Assembly (NCBI GenBank): GCA_964016885.1
Contig: OZ024740.1
Location: 113,026,001 to 113,090,000, forward strand
Length of the DNA stretch: 64,000 bases
Source of the DNA: Eledone cirrhosa
Taxonomy: Eukaryota
Direction: 5' to 3'
The notes under the pieces are model-generated. The model was not told the origin of the DNA. It worked only from the letters and a program-made list of their open reading frames with translations, and did not search any database. Position 1 is the stretch's first letter, and each line of letters starts with the position of its first letter. This document shows positions 12,129-26,580 of this stretch, piece after piece. The translations under genes and the position numbers were made by a program.

Positions 12129-12991
12129 CATATATATATCTATATATACATATATATATGTATATAAATATATGTATGTGTATATATATATATATACACA
12201 AACATACATATATATATATATATATATAATGTTAGGTATTTACAGGTACACACATACACAGACAGCCAGACACACTCACATATATATATATATATATACA
12301 TAATATATATATACTTGCAAACATCTAGCTTGACATACATATGCACATATGCACATATAAATAGGTATCTTTATAGACATCAGTACAAATAGCAATATAT
12401 GGAAATCGTGTATGATGAATTCTATCTTCCCTTGAGGAGCCCAGACAAGAAATGAGGCGTCGGTAAATGGTTGAGGTAAGATGGTGGAAGAGAACAAGAT
12501 GGCTGCGGTAATTTGTATATTAGGGTTATCGTCTTTGAATTTTTATATATTTATTTACTTTCTTACTTCTTTCATCTCTAATGTTTTATCTTACGTTATA
12601 TAGTAGAGGTCTGTTCTAATTTCAGTTGTAAAACAGTTTTTAGAAACACTGATAGTTGAAACAGTGAGCTATAAGTAGAAATAGAGCTTTTGTTGTTGTA
12701 GTTAATGTTTGTAACGATATTGTGGTCGCGGGTTAATAGAATTGGGAGAGCGACCGAGTAGAGTTGCAGATGATATGGCTTGAAATATTATGTTGTTACA
12801 TTCTTTTTCTTTTCAAGTTCAAATGCCCCTAGGGAAGTGATACTCTGTTTTCCATCCTTGTAACTTTTCATCCGATAAACTATGTTTTAGTTAAATAATT
12901 GTTTCTACTTTTGGCACAAGGCCAGCAATATAATGAAGTTGCAATGATAATCTATATAATCTCACAATTTATAGACCCTTATCCATGTTAG

Positions 12992-13240
12992 AAGGCGGTG
13001 AAGTGGCGGAGTTGCTAAACCACCGATACCTTGTGGTATTAGTTCCAGTTCTCTGCACCCTAAGTTTAAATCCTAGCGACGTCAACTTTGCCTTTCATCT
13101 GTTTATGTCGATAAATGAAGTACCAATACAATACTGGGGCCGATTCTTTCTCTACATCTCTTTCTCGCTTTTCTCTACCAGTCTTCCTCTTCTCTCTCCC
13201 ACACACTATTTCTCTCTCTCACTCTGTGAGTGAAATCTGA
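12992..13240 (+). mobile_element. tRNA-derived SINE, CT-rich-tail subfamily
   Basis: ggcggtgaagtggc head; gtcaactttgcctttcatc..gtcgataaatgaagtacca. Confidence 0.65.
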
Positions 13241-13522
13241 GGCTGGCATATGTCGAATGAGAATTTTTGAGGTAGAATTTTACGGTCGGATACTTATTAC
13301 ACATTTCAAATTTCTAATATTTTCCAACGCTTCTTCTTAAGTCATCAGCAGAAGCTTAAAATCTTCTAATGTGACGTAATTCGTGGTCTGCTGTTCTTTT
13401 ATGTAGTGGTTAACGCACTCACCTGGGTTTCAAGAAGTACTGGATTCAAATTTTCGAAAGCACCTATATCCATTTTTCACCGACATTCTGGGCAATTTAC
13501 CTGATTTCTTGAACTATCATTT

Positions 13523-13608
<86 letters not shown>

Positions 13609-13609
<1 letters not shown>

Positions 13610-13927
13610 TGGTAAACGGAAAAGAAAATGCTGACAAATTGTTCACAGTGAAAAATAGTTTAATTAGGAATAAGTGAGAATTAGTAATAGTATTGGTTAG
13701 TATTCAGTTTTGGTTTTAAGTTTTACCGGTTGCGCATTTCTAATGCTTTTCAAAAATAATTTTGAGATAGAGCGTCCGTGATGTTTGCTCTGATCTGATT
13801 AGTTTTGGAAATTCTATCTGTTTTTATGTTAAAAAAGTGGCTCCAGCGGTATTAAAATAGGTTTTGCGCCAATTCGTGTTGCAAAAATTCTTGTGGTCAA
13901 AACAATTTTGATTGGTCTGTAGAGGTC

Positions 13928-13932
<5 letters not shown>
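13609..13932 (-). mobile_element. (TA)n-flanked repeat; second copy at 25787-25982
   Basis: ttggtaaacggaa.agaaaatgctgacaaattgttcacagt...tgtttgctctga shared between the two loci. Confidence 0.7.
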
Positions 13933-13963
<31 letters not shown>

Positions 13964-14140
13964 AATATGCGTGTGTGTATCAAGAGAGAGTGAGAGTGAG
14001 AGAGAGAGAGAGAGAGATAGAGAAAGGGAGAGAGAGAGAGAGAATTATAGTAAGGCTTGTGAATATGGTAGGGGTAAGAGATTGAATGAGGAGCAGCATT
14101 GCTGCGATCAAAGTTAATATGTATATATATATATATATAC

Positions 14141-14263
<123 letters not shown>

Positions 14264-14410
14264 AAAGCGAAAGAAGAAGAGAGCAAGAATGGGTCTAATA
14301 GAGAAGCAAATATACAGGAATGTGGCAATAAAAAATTAAATACGAATAAATATATATAAACAGATTGATATACAGATAGCGTGAGTCAATGAGAGCAATC
14401 TTTCTCTCGC

Positions 14411-14524
<114 letters not shown>

Positions 14525-14551
14525 TTGTGTGTGTGTGTATGTGTATATATG

Positions 14552-14623
<72 letters not shown>

Positions 14624-15121
14624 TATATATATATATTTATATATATATATGATTGTGATTGAGTGTGTGTGTAAAGGGATTATTATAAAATGTATTCTGT
14701 TGGACAAATGACAGGTTGCCTGGCTGAGTGTGTACAGTAGTTGGCTGGTGAATTGCCTGGCTGGATAAATAAATTTGTAAGTGGAAGATAAAAGGAAGAA
14801 CGGACTGTATAGGTAGATAGATAGATAAATCAATGTTTAAGTAAGAGGTTATATTAGAGAAGTAGCAACGTTTTATGAGCATGTGGGCGATGGAGGGAAC
14901 TCGCCAAATCATGTGGAGATTATTTCGATGAAGATGAAAGATTAACAGCAACTACAATAACAACAATAACAACAATAACGGGAACAATAACAAAATGAAA
15001 AATATAACAACCAAATAATAATCATAAATGGATGAGTAAGTAAATAAATAAACCACTTAAAAGTTTAAACATTGTTTAAACAAAACCAATAAAACCTTAA
15101 GTTAAATACTCACATACACAC

Positions 15122-15223
<102 letters not shown>

Positions 15224-15459
15224 GTCTGCGCGCGCGCGTGTGTGTGTGTATACATAGAGTGAGGGAGAGATAGGTGGTGAGAGAGAGAAAGTTAGATAGA
15301 TTGATAGATATGCAGATAATGACCTCACACGAACATATGTGTGTTTTTATATATATATATATATATATCCCTGTGTGTGTTCAAGTAAATATGTATACAC
15401 GCATGTATACATTATATATATATATATTATATACATAGGTGTATACATGTGTATTTGAG

Positions 15460-15502
<43 letters not shown>

Positions 15503-15504
15503 TA

Positions 15505-15552
<48 letters not shown>

Positions 15553-15828
15553 CATATATATCTATACATATATATATATATATATATACATATGTACACA
15601 GTATATAGTGACACACAAAGATAAATGTAGGTTTTGACGATTAGGATGAGTGATTATTGTTTCTGTGCGCATGCCATAGTCATGTGAATTCAAGGTTGAT
15701 AATCCACCAGCTGCAGATTTTAATGCATGACATCATTCATGATTTCATTCTTAAAATAAGATAACAAAATTATAACAAATAAAAAATGACAAGAGTAAAT
15801 ATATATATATATATATATGTATATCCAC

Positions 15829-15901
<73 letters not shown>

Positions 15902-16451
15902 GTGTGTGTATATATTATGTGTGTGTATGTGTGTGCGTGTGACTATGTCTGTATGCATGTGTTGAAGCATATATGCTTGTATGGCGTCTATTTCGTTTTA
16001 ATTTTCTCTATACTGTAAATGTTTGAGAGAGACACAGTCAGACACACATGTTTATGTGTGTATTAGCCATTTTTGTCTGCGATGGACATTGAGTTTTTCT
16101 CTCAAGTAAGCGTCATGGTCGTTACATTAACGTGTAAGTCGCTGGGTATACTTCTGCAAAAACATGTAACCTTGACGTAATTCACAGGCCGAATCGGCGT
16201 GATGAAATATGTGACACGACTGAATTACTGATGTAATCCACCCGACTGTCCACTTTTTAAAACTATTTCCTTATACCCGATTTCACTCTGAAGAGGTGCA
16301 CCAACTCGAAACCTTAGTAAAAGTCGCAAGTGTGGAATTCGGGATGTCATGCTTGTGAAATGATGATCTTAACTACACAGCATCTGTAAGTATGCAGGCA
16401 TACATTTATGTATGCATGTATGTTTACTATGTACGTACGTATATATATTGT

Positions 16452-16830
16452 GACAATAACTGGGGGCCTCTCACTCCCAGGTGAAAAAAAAAGTACTATT
16501 TGGATGGCTGTTGACTATGTTGAGTTCCTCTGCCCTTTGCCGGGTCTTGTATTTCATCCCGCAGGGTGTTGTCACAACACCTTTCTAGGAGAGGGAAACA
16601 CTGAAAAAAAAAAAAACCTGCGGCTTTGGAAGCATCCGATGATGTTGACAAGTTCTCCTTTTCGAGTAGCGTTTTCGATGCTCAGAGAGTGGGACTGGTC
16701 GAGGTGCAAGGCCTTTCCCCACTTGAAAAACCTTCAAGGCATTGCTTGTTCAGGATATGTTACAGGTTTGTGTGACTGGCTGTAACCGAAAAGTGCACCA
16801 AACTCTATAATATGACAAGCAATTGCAGTA
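16452..16830 (+). mobile_element. RTE-like 5' UTR remnant
   Basis: ttctaggagagggaaacactga...acctgc...atccgatgatgttgac matches 62113-62178. Confidence 0.5.
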
Positions 16831-16995
16831 CCCTCAGCAAAGTTTGCAGCCATCATGTATTTATGTATGTATATCATACAGTTTATTGATCTGTAAATGC
16901 TACAGGGCTACAGACACGGTAACAACTCCCTATATAACCCCCCCCCCGTACTACCACCCATATATGTACATGTATATATATATGTGTGTGTGTGG

Positions 16996-17100
<105 letters not shown>

Positions 17101-17302
17101 AGTGTGTGTGTATGTGTGTGTGTGAGTGTCGGTATGTGTGTATTATGTAAATAATTGTTCATTAATTATAACTGATTGATTCGTTGTTTGCATATGTATG
17201 GCATGTAAGTTTATAACCTGCATAGAAACGATCGTAGATATTAAAAATGCATTAAATCGATAACCTTGGTTGTCTTCATTATATATATATATATATATAT
17301 TG

Positions 17303-17949
17303 TATATCGTTAGCTTGGCCACAGCCAAAACTTCGATTTTACTAAACCTCCATTTGTATTATTATCTCCTAGGCCTCATAATTAATTAATTAATTTAATT
17401 AGACAATTCTATTGAATGGTTAATTATTTATGTTTGTTTAATAGTGTCTAGTCGAGAGCTTCTTATTCGGTTTGTGGAATGGAATCAATTCCCTTGTTCA
17501 CAAAATTTGCCCACAAAAAACCGGGGGTTACTTCCCTTGTTGGGGGGAAAACACGTGATAGTGAAACATTGACTGCTACCATTCGTAGTAGCTTACTGCT
17601 ACACTTCACACCGGTTCGAGGCACAGAACGGAAACCTGTTGATAACGTGAGTCCACAGTTCGGTCATCGAATACCACAAACTTGCACATTGCGCCAGTAG
17701 GATTGTTGATTTTTGTTCATAGAAACCTAGCGGAGGTATTGCACAATACCGTTCGAGAGGGTCCAGGTTTGTTATCTAACGTGATTGTTTTTTCGTAGCT
17801 TTGGTATCATGTGGCTAGGCTTGCCTGACGCAGCTTTCAGTTTGTCAAGCTATCTAGGTGACACAGCCTTATCGAGTGCTTTGCTGCACGTTCCTAATTA
17901 TATATCGTTAGCTTGGCCACAGCCAAAACTTCGATTTTACTAAACTTCC

Positions 17950-17953
<4 letters not shown>
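17303..17953 (+). mobile_element. ~597-bp non-coding unit with ~50-nt terminal direct repeat, in (TA)n
   Basis: tatatcgttagcttggccacagccaaaacttcgattttactaaac.tccattt at 17303 and 17900; diverged minus-strand copy of the 3' part at 22441-22634. Confidence 0.7.
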
Positions 17954-18041
<88 letters not shown>

Positions 18042-18384
18042 GTGTGTGTGTGTGTCTGTGTGTGTATGTGTGTGTGTGTGTATATATTATATATATATAT
18101 TTTTTTTTCTTCTAATATACCTAAACTTTTCTTTGGTAGTTGAGAGAAACTTCCCATTATTATATAAATGTTATATAAATTATTATATAAATATTATAAA
18201 TTAATTAACAAAAACTACCCATGGAACTGCTGAGAATACATAATATTATACATCAGCTGATTAGCCTCATTTGCATACCGAGCCAGTTTACAGCCGGCTT
18301 TGACGAAAATTAAAAAAAATAAAAATTTGTTCTCACTCTTAACAATGTGGGCACCTCAATACATTCGTGAGTGAATAATAATAT

Positions 18385-18782
18385 TATAATAATTCTTTCT
18401 ACTTTTGGCACAAGGCCAGAACATTACTGGTACTTTATTTTATCGACCCCGTAAGGATGAAAGGTAAAGTTAACTTCGGCGGGATTTTAACTCAGCTGTA
18501 AAGAGCCGTAACTCTATGCTGTAAATCATGGCGTCCGACCCTCTACCGATACTGCCAATCCATGTGACCTAATATTATAATAAGAAGGGTGGTGGATTGG
18601 CAGTATTGGTAGAGGGTCGGATGGCAAGCTTTGCAGCAAAGAGTTACGACCCTTTATGATCTGAGTTCAAATCCCGCCAAGGTTAACTTTGCCTTTCATC
18701 CTTACGGAGTCGATAAAATAAACTACCAGTAATACACTGATATAATTGCTGGCCTTGTGCCAAAAGTAGAAACAATTATTAA
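18385..18782. mobile_element. Head-to-head SINE pair (18385-18562 minus; 18585-18782 plus)
   Basis: Both match the family consensus. Confidence 0.9.
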
Positions 18783-19221
18783 TATTTGGTTTGTTTGCAA
18801 GCAAACATCCATATAACACCACGTGTTAGATGACCAACGCCATCCTTTTGTTCTCACTGTATTATGTCATAGGCGTCTCTCTGCAAATTGTATACACAAT
18901 GTCTCAGATAGAGGTTAACTTCTATATATATATGTGTATGAATGTATACATGTATATTAGTTTTGTTCCATTGATAAATGATTCGGAGTGTTTGTTCCTT
19001 ATCAAGATTGTGTATTCTCGTTAGTGCTACCTACTAAATGTATGCATTTGAGAATACTATGTATTCTCAGCAGTTCCAGTGGGTGGCAGTGACGAGAATA
19101 GATAATTGTTATAAAGTGCAAAGACTCCGAAACAATTCTCGATTGTTTTCTCTGAGCTACCGCTGGAACAAACGGATGACATTGGTCATCTAACACGTAG
19201 TGTTTTTAAGGCTGCTTGCTT

Positions 19222-19712
19222 GCTTTCATCCTTTCGGGGTCGATAAAATAAAGTACCAGTAATACACTGGGTAATTGCTGGCCTTGTGCCAAATGTAGAA
19301 ACAATTATATTATTATTAGTGGTTTGGCAATATCGGTAGAGCGTCAGACCCCATGCTTTGCAGCATAGAGTTATATCCCTTTGCGTTCTGAGTTCAAATC
19401 CACCGAGGTTAACTTTGCCTTTCATTCTTACGGGGTCGATAAAATAGAGTACCAGTAATGCACTGGGATAATCGCTGGCCTTGTCCAAAGAGTAGAAACT
19501 TAAGGGCGGTGGATTGGCAGTATCGGTAGAGGCTCGTACGTCATGATTTGCAGCAAAGAGTTACGGCCCTTTATGGTCTGAGTTCAAATCCCGCCAAGGT
19601 TAACTTTGCCTTTTATCCTTACGGGGTCGATAAAATAAAGTACCAGTAATACACTAGGATAATTGCTGACCTTGAGCCAAAAGTAGATACATTTATATTA
19701 TTATTATTATTA
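19222..19712 (+). mobile_element. Tandem array of three SINE copies (first is 5'-truncated)
   Basis: Core ggggtcgataaaata at ~19236, ~19433 and ~19623; (TTA)n tails. Confidence 0.9.
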
Positions 19713-19729
19713 ATCACTTGCGAATACAT

Positions 19730-19765
<36 letters not shown>

Positions 19766-20094
19766 GAGAAAAAATAGAAATATCCGTTCTTTGTTGGCTA
19801 AATCACGTTTGTGTAAAGTGGATGTGTTAGGGACGCTGTTGTATAATAAATGTTCCCCGAATTCTAATAAATCTTGCCTAATTTTTCCTAGTGTCATGTT
19901 CATTTATTTATGTATGTACTATATTTATATACGACGGGCCTTTTTTTCAATTTTGCCCACTAAATTCTACCATCAGGCATTGGACAACCCGAGGTGACAT
20001 ATATACATAATATGGCGTCCAGTGGAACTGAACCCAGAACTACCTTGTTGTGTATCCAACTCATTAACCAGACATCGATAAAGTAAACGGCCAT

Positions 20095-20365
20095 CACCCA
20101 CCAATAGAAAAAAACTTTGAATCAAAATAATTACACCTGAATAAAGGACATGGGAAAATCATAAAACAAACTTGGAGATTAGAATATGAAGTCATAAATG
20201 AAGGTTTTAAACTAGAGAAAAAAAAATCAATGGAATAACCTATTGACCAGTGCTTAAAACTCGGAGAACATCTATCACCCTGGCAACAACAGATAATATG
20301 AAATACTATCAATTGGAATAGAGTTACCAAATCATACAATACACCATCATAGTGTCACCATTTCT
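20095..20365 (+). pseudogene. Possible decayed Penelope-like GIY-YIG region
   Basis: Translates with stops to GFKLEKKK...TINWNRVTKSYNTPS*C, reminiscent of the I.W....Y....C segment of PLE endonucleases. Confidence 0.25.
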
Positions 20366-20399
20366 GTTTTATCTTTATTTGGCCCCAAATATATTCTAA

Positions 20400-20455
<56 letters not shown>

Positions 20456-22207
20456 CCATAAAATAACACCACTACCAACTCCAGCACCAGCACCACCACC
20501 AACACCACCACCTCCACCACCAACACTACCTACGCCGCCACTATACCACCACCACCACCACCACTACCACTATTACACCTACCACTATTACTTTAATTAT
20601 TGTTATTGTATAATTTTTCTTGCGTGTTTGTAGATTGAGTAAATAATCCTGGAAAACGGCCACCACCGCCACCAACGCTACCACCTTGATCACTCAGAGT
20701 TACTTCCCTTGGCGTACTTTAAAGTCTGAAATGCCGGGGCAACCATCATCTATTTCTTGAGATCCCTTTTCCGGTTGGTATCCATAATTCTCTGATGTCT
20801 GGATTTCGGAGGAGGTGTTTTCACTGTATTACGTCATAGGCGTCTCTGCAAATTGTATAAACAATGTCTCAGATAGTGGTTAACTTGTATATATATGTGT
20901 ATGAGTGTATGAATGTGTATACATGTATATTAGTCTTAATTAGTAATATTTTAGCACTCTCTCTCTCCCTGTCTCTAACACACATATATATGTATGTGTT
21001 TGTGTAGCTATCTGTAGCTATGTGTGTGTCTGTGTATACGTATGAGTGTATGAATCCCCAGTAATGTCTCAAGCCATTGAAATATATTCACGTACATGCT
21101 GTTCAAAATCAAAGGCTTTGTCCACCATTATTTCACACTCTCTTACTCATTATCTTGTTATAAGGTCATCATCCAGCGCCATCTGGTGCCGTGACGGAGA
21201 TTAATTTTCATCGCAGTTATAGCTTTCTTCCCATATAATATTCTCATTTTGATTGATAAGCTTTATACACATTTACGTAAAACCACATACATACACACGC
21301 ACACTTACAAACACACATAGACACTCACACAAGCATAGGTTGTATGTATAAATGTATGTATGAATGTATGTATAAATATAGGTACGAATGTATGCATGTA
21401 TTTATGTATATATGAATGTGTGTATGCATGTATTTATGTATATATGAATGTGTGTACACATGTATGTATGTATGTATGTATGTATGTATGTATGTATGTA
21501 TGTATGTATGTATGTATGCTTGTATGTATATTTGAATGTATGTATATATGTTTGTATGTATGTATGTATATTTGTATGTATGTATGTATGAATGTATGTA
21601 CGTATGTATGTATATGTATGTATATGTATGTATATGTATGTATTATTTGCACATGTATGTGTCCATTATTGCTTGAGTCGATACAAATGTTTTGACATAT
21701 GTATGCGTACATGAGAAAACATGTAGCTTAATCGCCATGGAGTCCGTCTCATAATTGTGAGGTCGTGAGTTCGTTTCCTAACATTGTGTTCTTGTTCTTG
21801 AGCAAGATATTTTATTCCATGTTGATCTAGTCACAAAAAAAAAAAAATCTTTAGCTTGTAATTCAAAAGAGCTTTGTCATACGTTGTGCCGCGCCGATTA
21901 TTCCCGAGAACTACGTCAAGCGTGCACGTGTCTGTGAAATTCTCAGCTAATTGTACGTTACGTTCTGCTGTAATAGAACATACATACAAATTGACGCACG
22001 CATCCATACACACAAACACACGCACACAAACACATGATACACACATACACACATATAAATGTATATATGTGTTATGGCCTTGAGCAAGACACTTTATTTC
22101 CTGTTGCTCCTTCTACCTGCAGTTGCGACCGATAGATAGTATTAGCAATTGGAAAGACCAATGGAAACATTGTTTCCTCGGTCCGATTTGACGAAAGTCG
22201 ATCGTTC

Positions 22208-22271
<64 letters not shown>

Positions 22272-22274
<3 letters not shown>

Positions 22275-22407
22275 CGAAGTAAGTGTGGTAATGAACCATA
22301 TGGACCATGACGCACCTGAGTTCTCAATACTTAGGATAGTAGAGTGGGTAATAGGAAAAAGTTTAACCCGGACGGCAGAGCTGAAGCCATTTCGACGGCT
22401 ATTTCTG

Positions 22408-22412
<5 letters not shown>
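22272..22412 (-). mobile_element. Family P1 copy 2 (no inverted arm)
   Basis: Reverse-complement match to 9446-9586; TA tracts on both sides. Confidence 0.85.
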
Positions 22413-22442
<30 letters not shown>

Positions 22443-22643
22443 AGTGGAAGTTCAGTAAAATCGAAGCTCTGGCTGTGCCCAGGCTAACGATATACAATCA
22501 GGAATGTGCAGCAAAACACTCGATAAGGTTGTGTTACCTTAGAGTAATAACATACGTTAGAAAGCTTGACAAATTGAAGACTGCGACCGGTGACCCAGCC
22601 ACATGATCCGAGGCAACGAGAAAACCAACTCAGGTATATATGT

Positions 22644-22709
<66 letters not shown>

Positions 22710-22838
22710 TTATCTATCTATATATACACTTATATTTATGCCAAAACCGTGTGACGATCCTTTGTGGTAAACCCAATTAGATACTCACACACAACGATAC
22801 ACATAAACACACATTCGCACGCATAAGAACACATGTAG

Positions 22839-22894
<56 letters not shown>

Positions 22895-23248
22895 ATACTC
22901 ACACATGCATACTCACACCCGCAACTACCTAGGTTATTCGTTAAACAGAGTAGAACGTTAGAAAGCTATTTAGACATTTTATCTGTTTTCCATTTATAAA
23001 CTCATCTAGTAGTGCCGTCTAGTGACGTGATCTAGAATAATATCCCAAACACTGAACTTCTTCCATTTCTCCCCTACATTCACGTCAATTTAATAATGGT
23101 TGACTACACGAACATCCATAGTAGTTTCTTTCATTCTTTATTTCATACACTCTGTGGTACACACACACACACAGACACGAACACAAACACGTACATAACA
23201 CATAAATACACACATACACATATGTATGATGAATCACCTATATATACA

Positions 23249-23301
<53 letters not shown>

Positions 23302-23803
23302 CATAACTGCCGTACTAAGAGTGAGAAATGAAATTTCTTTTCATTTTTTCCATTTATCGTTTTCGGTGCGCCCGGCCGACTAAACTCACTCGATATGCAA
23401 ATTAGGCTGCTCAGCCGTTAATATGCATAAGGAAAGTATATACTTTCAGACGTTCAATCATCTGGCAGGAAGGTATACGATGCTGACGATAGCTAATAAG
23501 CTTGAAACTAGTACATCGTTCCTTTGTCAGTGTTGAACAAAAGGGCAACGATGGTTACTAAACACTGTACGGCTTAATTCGGGCTGTTTGTTTACAAACA
23601 AACCGAACATTATAATAAATGTTCGGTAAACCGATACGTAGATATATATATGTGTACATGTATGTATATATATATACATGCTACTGTACGTCTGTATACA
23701 TATATGTATGTACGTATACATACATACTTACATTTAAGTAGCTGCCGTACTAAGAGTGAGAAATGAAATTTCGTTTCATTTTTTCCATTTTTATATATAT
23801 ACA

Positions 23804-23916
<113 letters not shown>

Positions 23917-23918
23917 TG

Positions 23919-23974
<56 letters not shown>

Positions 23975-23988
23975 CATATATATATATA

Positions 23989-24378
<390 letters not shown>

Positions 24379-24404
24379 ATATATATATTATAATATATAT
24401 ATAT

Positions 24405-24472
<68 letters not shown>

Positions 24473-24548
24473 ATTGCCTTATCCGACGAACGAATGAGGA
24501 CGTTTTTCGTATTCGTCTTATTCAGGAAACCTCTGGTAATGAGGTAAT
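24473..24548 (+). ncRNA. Type I hammerhead fold, CCGACGA core, in a ~180-bp TA-flanked element (24471-24652)
   Basis: ATTGCCTTAT-CCGACGA-...-GAAACC tct GGTA^ATGAGGTAAT: 10-bp stem I, stem III ACC/GGU, GUA triplet; stem II base imperfect. Confidence 0.65.
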
Positions 24549-24649
24549 TATATTTTATTGTTTATTATACATTAAATTTAGCTCTGGCACTTACATAGAG
24601 CACTCTTGACTCCTACGACTTTTTTCAATTTTCAACGGAAACTTTATTA

Positions 24650-24712
<63 letters not shown>

Positions 24713-24995
24713 GGAAAAAAATGAAACGAAATTTCATTTCCCACTCTTAGTACGGCTGTTACTTAAATATAAGTATTTACACGTACATACATATATGTAT
24801 ACAGACGTACAGTAGTATGTATATATATATACATACATGCACACATATATACGTGCATATATATATGTATATATATACATACATGCACACATCCATACGT
24901 GCATATATATATATGTGTGCTTGTGTGTATATATATATATACATACTACTGTACGTCTGTATACATATATGTATGTACGTGTACATACTTATATA

Positions 24996-25058
<63 letters not shown>

Positions 25059-25528
25059 ATATATATATATACACTATCATATATATATAAGAAAAGATAA
25101 CACAAAACGATAAGGGAACAAACAATTTCAATTTCAAACGAACCAGCTATATCGAGGGTAAATATAATGTGAAAACGAAGACAAGCGGTTGACAAAATAT
25201 TTGCTTCGAAATATGAACAATGTGTATTTAGTAGAAAGTTTATACCGAGTAGGAAGAAGCGAATGTATCTGACATTTTCGGTTAAACCCTTTATGACAAT
25301 TGACCAAGAAACGGAAACAAAAGAAATATAAAACAGTATAAGAACGATACCGAGTTGAAGGTAAGATGTGGTTTGAATGACTACATCCTCTAGAATGCAA
25401 GACATTTCACTGTTAGAGAAGACTGTTAACAAACAATTATTTCAGAACATCTATTTTTTCTCTCTGAAAATAGATGTTATTGTTCATTCGTCCCACGTAT
25501 TCCTTTTTCTTTTCGTTTGCAACATTCA

Positions 25529-25580
<52 letters not shown>

Positions 25581-25714
25581 AAAATGGAACGGGAACAAAA
25601 ACAGAGAGGCAGTACAAACAAAGGTTTATTAGTTTCACGCTCTTGCGAGTGGGTGGGTGGGGACACACAATATATATATATATAGAGAGAGATAGATACA
25701 TAGATATATATATC

Positions 25715-25751
<37 letters not shown>

Positions 25752-25976
25752 AAAGAATAGAGGTGTAACACACAAGTTATTATATATTGGTAAACGGAAT
25801 AGAAAATGCTGACAAATTGTTCACAGTTGAAAAGTGGTTTAATTAGGAATAGAAGAGTATTAGTGATTGTATGGGTTAGTATTCAGTTGTGGTTTTAAGT
25901 TTTTAAGTTTTTACCGGTTGCGCATTTCTAAATGATTTTCAAAAATAATTCTGAGATAGAGTGTCCGTGCTGTTTG

Positions 25977-26046
<70 letters not shown>

Positions 26047-26214
26047 CAAACAGCACGGACACTCTATCTCAAAATTATTTTTGAAAAGCATTTAGAAAAC
26101 TTAAAAACTAGAAAGCATGGCGTCCGACCCTCTACCGATACTGCCATTAAATAATAAAACTCCGGATGAACAAAAACTGGGAGAGCTTTACATCTGTAAA
26201 GAAAACGTCGGTAG

Positions 26215-26245
<31 letters not shown>

Positions 26246-26338
26246 AGAAGAAAGTTGGTTGATTGAAAATCTACCGACGTTTTCTTTACAGATGTAAAGC
26301 TCTCCCCAGTTTTTGTTCATCCGGAGTTTTATTATTTA

Positions 26339-26517
26339 ATGGCAGTATTGGTAGAGGGTCGGACGCCATGCTTTCTAGCATAGTTACGTCTCTTTACGTT
26401 CTGAGTTCAAATCCCGCCGAGGTTAACTTTGCCTTTCATCCTTACGGGGTCGATAAAATAAAGTACCAGTAATATACTGGCTAATTCCTGGCCTTGTGCC
26501 AAATGTAGAAACATTGT
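26339..26517 (+). mobile_element. tRNA-derived SINE (main family)
   Basis: Matches the family consensus. Confidence 0.9.
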
Positions 26518-26580
26518 ACATCGTTATTTATTTTGTTATACGAATATATATATATATTTATATATATATATGTATATATT

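Noticed and set aside
16288-16316. ctgaagag...ctcgaaac hammerhead-like core
   Set aside because: Stem II pairs poorly and no stem I partner or element context was found.
18385-19712. Clustered similar repeats resembling a CRISPR array or tRNA cluster
   Set aside because: Units are ~190-bp SINEs with TTA tails and target-site duplications elsewhere; no spacer periodicity, cas genes or full cloverleaf.
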